DNA of 63,676 bases, the filler included, from Ministeria vibrans ATCC 50519 (taxonomy: Eukaryota > Protista > Filasterea): NCBI GenBank assembly GCA_943704425.1. It is 10 parts of 10 records of this genome, joined end to end, with 100 filler letters (N's around TTAATTAATTAA, not from the genome) between each part and the next. Parts side by side here need not be neighbours in the genome. Positions count along the whole stretch, not along the records: positions 14,960 to 46,258 come from CALSCP010000673.1; 9 more parts are not named here. One strand, written 5' to 3'. Of the stretch, positions 17,629 to 29,191 are shown one piece after another. The first letter of the stretch is position 1; each line of letters begins with the position of its first letter. The position numbers and the translations under genes were made by a program. The notes under the pieces were generated by a model. That model was not told the origin of the DNA. It worked only from the letters and a program-made list of their open reading frames with translations, and made no database searches.

Positions 17629-19577
17629 ATGAGCTCGATTGATCCGTTGCGTTTGCAAGACAGTCTTGCGCGATCTCAAAAGGAGTTGAAGTTATGTCAA
17701 GAGGAACTTGCAAAGGTTCGCGCCTCCGAGGTCGCCTACAACATTGTATTGGAGCAACTCAGGGCTTTGCGTGAAGACACAGTGTTGGCGAAAGAGGTAC
17801 GGCGCAGGAGGCGGTGCACTTTGAATGACTGAGTTGTTCACACGCACTCGTTTGATGGGGGAGCAGGATGCCGTCCAGATCATGTCCAAGACTCAATTCC
17901 GTGACTATCAGTGGCTCGTGGGCAAGACGGTGCAGGAGGTGAGTCCCAATTCGCAAAGGAACGTGTCGACAACTTCTTCTTTCTTTTGATCGTGTCAGTC
18001 ACTGACGAGCGTGATGAAAACCATTGGGCTGATGGCAGCGCACATTGCGAAGCTGCAGGCGCTGGAAGGCAAGGTGATTACACGCACGCAGCTGTTCTAC
18101 GACATGGTCAATGCCTGTGGCACGATGAGCGACGAGCCCATCCGCCAGGACGAACCTGACTTTGTGCACATTGCCGAGGCGGACACAGCAGTCGCCGACG
18201 GCGACGACGATGACGAAGAGCACGCCGCAGAGGCGCAAGCCTACCGAGCATTTCTCAAGAAACTAGAGGCCATGAAGGAGCAAAAGAAGTCGCCAGCCGT
18301 AGTGTGTGCGTCGAGAGACAACGAGAGCGAGTCGCGCGCCGCCGCCGCGGACCCTGTCGCGGCCATTGGCAAAACGGTCCTCCCGAATGTGATTCGAGTG
18401 CGTCACACGCCGACCAAGGCAGCCCCGGCTGTTCCGAGTGTGTCTGTGGCACGGGACATGCCCATTACACCGGCCGACCTCGATGGACGACTCGCACAGT
18501 ACGCACGTGAAGAGGAGCTCGACACGATGATTGAACGCGCAAACCATGGCGTTGACACGCTTTCGGGGCCTGTGGTCGAGCACTACACGCCTCCCAAAGA
18601 GACAGAGGTGTGCAACACAGTCACACACACCACAAAGACACACCACAAAGACACACCACAAAGACACACCACAAAGACACACCACAAAGACACACCACAA
18701 AGTCAAACTCGCTACACTCAATCACTCACTCATACACCCATTAACACTCCCGTTAGACAAAATCTCAACTGGAACGCGAGACTGAGCTGGACGAGATGAT
18801 TGAGCGGCATATGCGCACGTCCGTCTCGGCGATGGGCACAGTGGTGGAACGGTATATGGAAGATGGTACAGAAGAAAACGACGTCGACGACGACGGAACA
18901 GTGCGCATGGAGCAGGTATGCTACCGACTGATCGTCGTTGTGTTCATCTCTCTTTCTTTCTTTTTTTCTCCGTCTGCGTTTGCGTATGTGCGTGTGCTGT
19001 GTAGGTGATTGCTGAGCGAGCACGCATGATTGCCAAGCTGGAGGTGCCGCAGGATCGCGGGGTATTGATGAAAGAGATTGAGGAGGCACTGCCATTGCTT
19101 GAGGCGTATGAGGAGGTGGCACGACGCGACCATGTGGTGGACGGGGCTGATGGAGTTCCTGAAGTGACTATAGTCATGCAGGGGGAACAGGTGCCGGGAG
19201 GATCAGCGGACGAAAGGGACCGCGAGCAGGAGGAGGAGGACGACGACGACGACGACGAGGAGGAGGAGGAGGAGGGCGATAGGAAGACAGAGCCTAGACG
19301 AAGAGTATCGTTTGCTCCCACTGTGGCTGTGTCTCAACCATCAGCATTGCCGTCACTCTCGACCACCACTGCCGCTGATGTGCCAGTGGCGACAGAGTCG
19401 GATCCAGTGATCCCCAACAGAAGAACACATGTCGGAACAACATTTGCTCTGTCGGGAGTTCGCGAACGCGCTGGAGATACCTCTCCAATGGGCGACACAG
19501 TTGATGTTGCTCCAAAGAAAGTGTCGAGATTTCGAGCGGCGCTCATTGCCGAACGCGCTGGCGAACAGGAGCAGTAA
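17629..19577 (+). CDS. URI1: URI1/Bud27-like unconventional prefoldin RPB5 interactor, multi-exon
   Basis: N-terminal coiled-coil/prefoldin-like region, acidic tract, RVSF (RVxF PP1-docking motif) and C-terminal PKKVSRFRA (URI box-like). Confidence 0.6.
18628..18700 (+). repeat. 13-bp tandem repeat (CACCACAAAGACA)x~5 in an intron
   Basis: Directly visible repeat between the GT donor (~18609) and AG acceptor (~18757). Confidence 0.85.
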
Positions 19578-19704
19578 AGCGAAATTCTGTTGTGTAAAAT
19601 CTTCGACCAATAGAAATCAATGGAGAAATCAAATAATCAACTTCTCATTCGGTCACAGACTCACAGTTTCCTTCTCTCTCTTCCCATCATCTCCCAAGAC
19701 CAAC

Positions 19705-22385
<2,681 letters not shown>

Positions 22386-23028
22386 TTTGCTCTTAACTCT
22401 CTGTGGCGGTATTTCTTCTTTTTGTGATTGTCATTCTTTCGTCGCTTCTATAAGTAAAAGTTTGCGAGTGAAATAAATCTAAGAGAATGCAACCTATAAT
22501 AATAATAATAATAATAATAATGAATAATAATAATAAAATATTAAGACACAAATAAACCAGCACGCAAGCAAACTTAGACGGCAATGAAAATGGTCCATCT
22601 CATTTCCAGTTCATGGAATAGCACCATAGAGTCTTTGTAAGCTCTCCTACAACCCCAGTAATTAACGCGAAATTAACCCTACTTTTCTTTCAGTTTCACA
22701 CATTCTTCAATTGCGGAATTACTAAAGAAGTAGAAAACGAAAAAGATAATTCATTAATGATCTAGATCACCACGCAAGTTAAACACAGCCAGACCGCCTT
22801 GCAAAACCAATCAAAACTCCAACTAGAGACCGTAACATATCCGTAACATGGGAGAAGAGTGCAGGTCAGAAGTGCTATAGCCTACGTTCCTAGGGTGTGA
22901 ACCGAATGCGAACCTAATGTTGTCGCTCTCCAGTGAGACAACCGCAAGGTGTACGCCATTTCTACGTCATACACCCAGTACTCCGTGCGGATTACTAGGT
23001 AGTGGAGGCTACTTCGTGGAAGCTTAGG

Positions 23029-23223
23029 GCTCTGATACCATGGGAGCTAACTCCAAGAATTCCTGTGGTCCCATTTTTGTTGCTGCAGATCAGGCAGGGA
23101 GACTAATCTTCCTGTGCGCGTGCAACCTTGCGAGCAGCAACTGTCGTGTACTCTACAGTCTACAGGACAGGGGTTGCAATTGGTCGATATAGAGCTAACG
23201 ATTAGCGAATGAGTTCAATCCCA
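23029..23223 (-). mobile_element. LTR-retrotransposon remnant: ~183-bp LTR (23041-23223) followed by a tRNA-iMet primer-binding site
   Basis: Minus strand reads ...CCCA|TGGTATCAGAGC (PBS, 23029-23040). The segment 23041-23223 begins TGGGAGCTAACTC and ends GAGTTCAATCCCA (TG..CA with an imperfect 13-bp inverted repeat). No gag/pol or second LTR is seen. Confidence 0.6.
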
Positions 23224-23536
23224 TGATCTTTCGAATGACGTGATGAATATAAGCGAATAATCAATAACCTCAGATATTTTCTTCAATAATAATTTAATAA
23301 TCATTACGACGAGTATTTTTTTTTTTATTATTCTTCGTCGCCTGACAAGAAAAGTGCACGTGTGTCAACACTCAAAGTAAGCATTGTTCTCATTCTGGGG
23401 GCCAGTCAGGAATCAGTTGTGTTTGTTTGTTCACGGGGGTCGGCGATGGCGGGCGTGCGCGGGATCATGTCGTCCATGAATTTGTGAAAAAGTTCGAAAG
23501 AAGTTTGAAATTTGTGATGAAAATCTGTTGATAACG

Positions 23537-23845
23537 GAAATCGCAGTCGGATTTATGCGTGCCGTGAAGTGCCAGGGTGTGTGTGTGTGGTGTTGGGTTG
23601 TGATGGTGGGAACGGCGAGGGCCAGCTACGGCAGCTTCAATAATATTTTGTGCTTTATATTGTTCTGTTGAAATTTCATTGCCTGAGTTTGATTTTAAGG
23701 TATAATATACCCTTCTTGGCTTGCTTGTGTATACCTTATATTCTTTTTTACGCTCATGAAATTGCAGTCAAATTTATGCGTGCCGACTGCCGAGGGGTTG
23801 TGTGGTGTGTGTGTGGTGTTGGGGCGTGGTGGATTGGTGGAACGG
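23537..23845 (+). repeat. Diverged direct duplication of an ~80-90-bp non-coding element (23537-23615 and 23758-23845)
   Basis: GAAAT(C/T)GCAGTC..ATTTATGCGTGCCG...GTGTGTGGTGTTGGG...GGAACGG is present twice. Confidence 0.8.
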
Positions 23846-24025
23846 TAATAAAATAATGATAGTAGAGATCTGTAGTAGATGAGCTGTTTGTGTTGTCGAT
23901 TTTTGTTTGTGATTGATAAAAAATTAATATTATTTATCGTTTTCTTTTTCTTCGTCTTCTTATAATAATAACAATACAATCATTTCAATAATGTTTTTTA
24001 TTCTTGTTTTTCCCCGCTAGGTAGA

Positions 24026-24519
24026 ATGCGCTTTTTTATAATGTTTGCCTGCCTGCTGGTCGCCTCACATGGTGGATTCACAAGGTGTCGGCTTGAGGCG
24101 TACTGCACTGAAGATACTTGGACGGTACAGGACGGTGCGGGTGGCGCTCTCCCTCAGGCCAGTGCGACTCACTACGATCGTGGAGGCTGCATAATGGTGA
24201 GTTATTTCTTTGTTATTCCCTTGGTAAAATGCGTGCAAAATTTTGTATCTCTCATCGATCGCAGCTATCAACCGAGAGCTACTTCTGCTGGATTGACCAG
24301 ACAGGGTTTGATACCGTTGGTCGCCAGACAAGGCTGAAGGGCTTGTGCCCAGCGGAAGTTGTCATGTACCAAACGTGCTCTCATTCGACTGGAGTACACT
24401 GCGGCTGGAATAAAAGCGAGGGACAATATGGCTCTTCTTCCCTCTCTGCAGGGTCGATCACGGCAGGCACTTATGGAAGCTGTACGGTGTTGGCCACCAA
24501 GCAAACAGTTGTAGCTTAA
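24026..24519 (+). CDS. Small secreted cysteine-rich protein (~140 aa, 2 exons: 24026-24196, 24265-24519)
   Basis: Signal peptide MRFFIMFACLLVASHG; GTGAGT donor and GCAG acceptor in phase 0; eight Cys in the predicted mature part; tandem paralogue follows. Confidence 0.75.
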
Positions 24520-24587
24520 GTAATGGGTTATAATTATTCTTCTTTTTCAACAATAATACCTTGAAAAAAATTATTAATAACAATAGA

Positions 24588-24761
24588 ATGCGTTCTTTTG
24601 TGTTGTTTGCTTGCCTGCTGGTCGCCTCGACACATGGCAAATTCACAATGTGTCGGCTCGAGGCGTACTGCACTGGCGACACTTGGACGGCAAAAGACTT
24701 TTCGGCTGGCGATCTCCCTGACGCCGCTGCGACTCACTACGAGCGTGGAGACTGCAGAATG
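24588..24761 (+). pseudogene. Paralogue of the 24026 gene; exon 1 only (exon 2 lost or collapsed at the N gap)
   Basis: MRSFVLFACLLVASTHGKFTMCRLEAYCTGDTWT..ATHYERGDCRM aligns with copy 1 and has the same GTGAGT donor; AT-rich repeats and a gap follow. Confidence 0.7.
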
Positions 24762-25153
24762 GTGAGTTATTCCGGCCGATGATATTATTATTTATTATGA
24801 TACAGTCACCACGTAATAATAATGATAATAATAATAATAATTATTATAATAATAATAAGAAGAAGAAGAAGAATACAACCCATTTATTAAAANNNNNNAG
24901 AAGAAGAAGAAGAATACAACCCATTTATTAATGATACAGTCACCACGCGAAGACACAGCCAGACCGCCTTGCATATAATAATAATAAGAAGAATTAATAA
25001 TAGGAATAAATGAAGTCGAAAAGTTTACTCAAAAAGAAGGAGAGAGAGAGAGAGAGAAATATTAATACAATAATTTTTATAATAATTATAATAATAATAA
25101 TTATTCATGAATATTGTTAAGTTACTTAACTCATTTCTTTCACCTTATGCTAC

Positions 25154-26227
25154 ATGCAACTTCCTTTGCGATGTTGCCAGTCAGCACTTGACGAACACCA
25201 CCTCACGTTTTATCCTCTTCCGTTTGTTGGATACACTCGTCAGCGTGAGAGCCTCGCTCTCCTCGCTCTTGTCTCCGCCCTCCTCCTCGCACCGGTCCTC
25301 CGACGGGTTCTTTCTCATCGCCTGCACCTGGCTTTCCTTATTCTACACCTTGCTGTGGCGGCGCACACGCTTGTCAGGCCTGCACAGATCTTTTTGAGCT
25401 CGTACGAGAATGCGCAGACTCAACAGTTCGATCTGAATCGTATGCGCGCCCTACACGAGCTCACCAAGAGCCGTGTTGCCCACTACTTTGGCCAACCGCG
25501 TCATGTTTACGATGTGCTTACGTCCGATCAGTGCCAAGACGTCAGTCAGTGGGTATTGGCGCAACAAACGCACTTTGTTCATGTTGACCATCTCGTTGGA
25601 CCTCTTCCCTTTTTCACACTGGGCGCCTACTGGGGCTATCATGAACAGTCGGGCACCTCTCGTCGCAAACGGCACGCTCAACTGCAGCAGCACCAAGGCA
25701 CGCCGCGACAGTCTTCCACAAGCTCCTACGACGCATCGTTCAGTCAGCGCATTCACGAACGCTTTCCCGCCCTCTACAAGCGCCTCCGCCAAGTGATTGC
25801 TCATGCACTCAATACCACTGAAGATGCAGTCGAATACATTGACGATGGCGTGGCACGACCCGGCTTTCACGTGGTGTACGCCCACAGACTCTTCACGCAT
25901 CCTGTGTTTCGGCGACACTTTGACGAGACCGCTGTACCTCTCCTTAAGCGACGCTTCAAATCGTGTGACACCGTCTCCCGCATCTCCTACACCCTCTCTA
26001 TTCGCGTTCCCATTGGCGGCGCCCACCTCAAGTGGTTCTCCTTTGGTGACGAGGACTCCCCCCTCAAAACACACCGTGCCAACTTCACTCAAGGTTCCCT
26101 TGTGCTCCACTCGGGGTTGGTACTCCATCAGATGGGCGAATTCCCGTATCACCAGAGTGATGATGCGCGCATCACAATGCAGGGGTTTGGTTTCTATTGC
26201 GACGGCCGCTGGCGACTATACTGGTAA
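25154..26227 (+). CDS. Intronless 2OG-Fe(II) oxygenase-like protein with N-terminal hydrophobic segments
   Basis: FFTLGA, PGFHV, HFD (HxD), SYTLSIRVPIGG, LVLHSGLVLHQ (distal His), RITMQGFG..W.LYW. This pattern resembles bacterial/phage double-stranded beta-helix dioxygenases. Confidence 0.75.
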   Translation: MQLPLRCCQSALDEHHLTFYPLPFVGYTRQRESLALLALVSALLLAPVLRRVLSHRLHLAFLILHLAVAAHTLVRPAQIFLSSYENAQTQQFDLNRMRALHELTKSRVAHYFGQPRHVYDVLTSDQCQDVSQWVLAQQTHFVHVDHLVGPLPFFTLGAYWGYHEQSGTSRRKRHAQLQQHQGTPRQSSTSSYDASFSQRIHERFPALYKRLRQVIAHALNTTEDAVEYIDDGVARPGFHVVYAHRLFTHPVFRRHFDETAVPLLKRRFKSCDTVSRISYTLSIRVPIGGAHLKWFSFGDEDSPLKTHRANFTQGSLVLHSGLVLHQMGEFPYHQSDDARITMQGFGFYCDGRWRLYW

Positions 26228-26531
26228 CACTCGCATCGTATTCAGCAAAGTGGCACACCAAATGTGAGTCATTGTCAGTGAAGTGAAGCTAAAATGCGCG
26301 CGCTGGCGTGCAGGCGATGCGACGCCGTCTGTGCGTGCTTTTCTAGTCCCTCAACCGACTATTGTACGATCTGTATCTGCGTTTATATAAAAGCTTGGGA
26401 TATGATTTCATAAGTCAAGTTTCAGTAAAATAATTAATAATAATAATAATTATATTAATTTATTATTATTATTATTATTATAAATAATAATTTTCTTCTT
26501 TTTCTTTGTTTGTGTACTCTTCGTTACATTG

Positions 26532-27641
26532 ATGACATCAAACTTGCCACTGGCGCAGCTGCTCCTCGACTCTCCGCACTGGACTGGAAGTGTCGAGGAA
26601 GCGGAAAGGTTTGCACTGAAGTACGGGGGGCGCAGGCGGCTGACGGGCGACGATCTGTCGGCGGTCGCTGCAACGGCATTCATCGTCAACATGTCGCGCA
26701 AGACGGAGGCGGAAGCCCCGCAGCCGCTCTTTGAAGATGTCGGCAGTGCGGGAATGTTTAACGCAGCACCAACCTTGATGGCGCGTCTTGGAAAGGTACG
26801 CACTCTTCTTGTGCGCCGAACAATGAGCTATAATAATATTGTCCTTCGTAAGCTCTTTGGCGAGTTCATGCAGAAGTCAGCTGAACAAAACCGTACGTTG
26901 ACGCCCGGGTGGATCTCGATGGGCTCGCGCACGCACTACATTGACGAGCGAGTGCGCTCATTTGTCGCCGGTGGCGGTCGCCAGGTCGTGATGCTCGGTG
27001 GTGGACTGGACATGCGTGGGAGCCGGCTGAAGTTTGACAAGGACGTGCTTGTGCGCTTCTTTGAGGTGGACGACGCGGTGTTACAGGAGTACAAGCGACA
27101 GGAGGCGGGCGAGCACGGCGTATCGCTGGCGCACGTTCGTTTCATTGGCTGTGACTACACGGTCGTCGACTTGTGCAGCAGACTGACGGCAGCCGGGCTG
27201 GACGCGCAGTTGCCTGTCCTTGTTGTGTGGGAGGGCAACACAATGTACCTCGAGCCCGAGGCGGGGCGTCGTGTGCTTTCAAGTTTGGCGTCAGGTCTCT
27301 CGCAGCTCACCGTCGTCTTTGACTTCCTTGAGGGACCCGTCGCACGAGCGACGAGCGAGCGTGCGTCGGGCAGCGGGTGCGCCATGACGGACGTCAGCAG
27401 CGAGTTTTTCATGCAGATGGCCTCAGCCGACAACACGTGGCTGTGGGTCGGGCCGTGGGATCACGATGCCGCCGTTGCTGCGTCAGGCATGCGCACCATC
27501 GAGTGTGTGCCGCTGTGTGATGTCATTGAGCGCGCGCGCGGCAAGCAGCTCAAGGACGAGCTCTATGCAAAATATGCCGACCTTTCGATGGCCCTCAACA
27601 CAAAGTACTTCTTCGCGGTAGTCACAAATGTGCCGGCCTAG
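26532..27641 (+). CDS. SAM-dependent methyltransferase, LCM/TIGR00027-like; probable in-frame 57-nt intron 26796-26852; start uncertain
   Basis: RTHYIDE..RQVVMLGGGLDMRGSRL..FFEVD..FIGCD..PVLVVWEGNTMYL..VVFDF. Confidence 0.85.
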   Translation: MTSNLPLAQLLLDSPHWTGSVEEAERFALKYGGRRRLTGDDLSAVAATAFIVNMSRKTEAEAPQPLFEDVGSAGMFNAAPTLMARLGKVRTLLVRRTMSYNNIVLRKLFGEFMQKSAEQNRTLTPGWISMGSRTHYIDERVRSFVAGGGRQVVMLGGGLDMRGSRLKFDKDVLVRFFEVDDAVLQEYKRQEAGEHGVSLAHVRFIGCDYTVVDLCSRLTAAGLDAQLPVLVVWEGNTMYLEPEAGRRVLSSLASGLSQLTVVFDFLEGPVARATSERASGSGCAMTDVSSEFFMQMASADNTWLWVGPWDHDAAVAASGMRTIECVPLCDVIERARGKQLKDELYAKYADLSMALNTKYFFAVVTNVPA

Positions 27642-27766
27642 GAGGCGGTGTGAGGCATTATTTCTTTCTCGACCTTTATCAGAATATGTCATACAAACGC
27701 ACAGAGGGGTTTAATAAGAAGTTGAAAATACAAATTTTTATAATTATCATGACAATATTACAAAGT

Positions 27767-29098
27767 TCAGGTGGGCGCCACAATAACGTCCCATCGGCGT
27801 CTTTTGGTAGGTCTGACAACGTCACTACTACCGTTACTACTGATGGACTCTTCGTGAGCGACAAGGGAGTCAATGGAACCGCCACTCTCGAGGAGAGTGG
27901 CAAGAGCGCGTGCTCGCTCCCGTCGCCGCAGGACCACTGCGTCGACGACCGTGTCCACCTGACGCCGGTAGTTGGCGTGCGCTTCGCTGGTTGTGTCGTG
28001 CAAAAAGAAAAACCGCGCATCGGTAGGTTGTGTGGCGTTGCGCAGTGCCTCTTCAAAGGGAGCGCCGAGCTCGCGTACTCGCTCCACCGTCAAACGCACA
28101 ATCTCACGCAACTTGCGATCGTACTCGTCGCGTGTCAGTTCCCCAGCGGTGGCCACCTGATCGTCGTCGTCGTCGTCGTCGGATGCGTAGCCACCCACAA
28201 GCTCGTTGACAACGCCAGCTTCGCGCGCACTGACCACAGGACGGACCCACGGTTGCAAAATCTTTCCCTCCGTCGCCAAACGATAGTACGCGTACAGGGG
28301 GGTGCCGGCACTCATAAAGGCAAATTGGTCGTTGCCCGCCTGCTTCACCTTAAGGAGAATCTCCATTTGGGCGCCCTGCGAGCGCACAAAAGCTGCTGTG
28401 CGATGAATAAGAGCGTGCATGCGCTCCGTCCGCGGCACAATCACATCGGGCATCTCTGTGAGCTTCTCGGCGACGCGAATGGCAAACGAAAAGTCTTCGT
28501 CATCGTCATCGTCGGCATTGTCGTTTCCAACATGATCTTTCTCTTGACTCACAGAGATGCTGCCTTCGTCCGCATCCTTGATACCCGCTGCGTTTTGCAG
28601 AAAAACGTTGACTGGCGTGTCAGCGTACTTGAAGGGCACACAGGCGCCTGCAGAGCGCATGTCCCCTCTCTCGTCCATCTCGCCGCCGCCGCCGCCGCCG
28701 CAGTCGTCGCCATCGTCGTCATCGCCATCGTTGCAACCTTCTCCCTGGGCACCGTCGTCAAGGGCGTCGGGCACAAGCAGTCCGTGCGCCACTCGCTCGT
28801 TCAATTCCCCGTAGCGAAACGCGTCGCACATTGTCTCTTCTTCCGCGAGCAGCTTAGCTTCAACGTCCGCAATGCCGTCCACATCGTCCGCACCCTCCAC
28901 AGCCACGTCGCTCTCGAGCAAGCAGCGTGCATCAAAGCGGCTCACGAGGGTGAGCTCGCCCCTTCGCGGATCTGTCCATTCGATCAAGTGCCTTTCGTTG
29001 GCGACACTCAGCGAGCTCGCATCGTGTTCCCAAATGTTTGCACGAAACCCTTGTACAAACCACTGGGGTGCACAAGACGGGTCTGTCTCGTCCGACAT
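27767..29098 (-). CDS. SFSWAP: Suppressor-of-white-apricot-like splicing factor (DRY_EERY-like domain plus two SURP domains), intronless
   Basis: HLIEW..LVSRFDARCLL (DRY-like); MHALIHRTAAFVRSQGAQMEILLKVKQAGNDQFAF (SURP1); LREIVRLTVERVRELGAPFEEALR..RFFFL (SURP2). Confidence 0.85.
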   Translation of the reverse strand: MSDETDPSCAPQWFVQGFRANIWEHDASSLSVANERHLIEWTDPRRGELTLVSRFDARCLLESDVAVEGADDVDGIADVEAKLLAEEETMCDAFRYGELNERVAHGLLVPDALDDGAQGEGCNDGDDDDGDDCGGGGGGEMDERGDMRSAGACVPFKYADTPVNVFLQNAAGIKDADEGSISVSQEKDHVGNDNADDDDDEDFSFAIRVAEKLTEMPDVIVPRTERMHALIHRTAAFVRSQGAQMEILLKVKQAGNDQFAFMSAGTPLYAYYRLATEGKILQPWVRPVVSAREAGVVNELVGGYASDDDDDDDQVATAGELTRDEYDRKLREIVRLTVERVRELGAPFEEALRNATQPTDARFFFLHDTTSEAHANYRRQVDTVVDAVVLRRRERARALATLLESGGSIDSLVAHEESISSNGSSDVVRPTKRRRWDVIVAPT

Positions 29099-29191
29099 GG
29101 AACGCAAATTAAAAGGTTTAAAACTGAACTGATTAATGATCGAACTAAATCCTATCACCCTATCTGATCTGATCACACACTTTTTCTCGTC

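Noticed and set aside
22960-23040. tRNA gene ending GCTCTGATACCA
   Set aside because: No matching 5' acceptor strand or cloverleaf; better explained as an LTR primer-binding site on the minus strand.
27650-29167. 505-aa + strand ORF and other long antisense ORFs (31026-32150, 40537-41190, 25451-26152)
   Set aside because: Shadow ORFs of GC-rich genes; no independent motifs.
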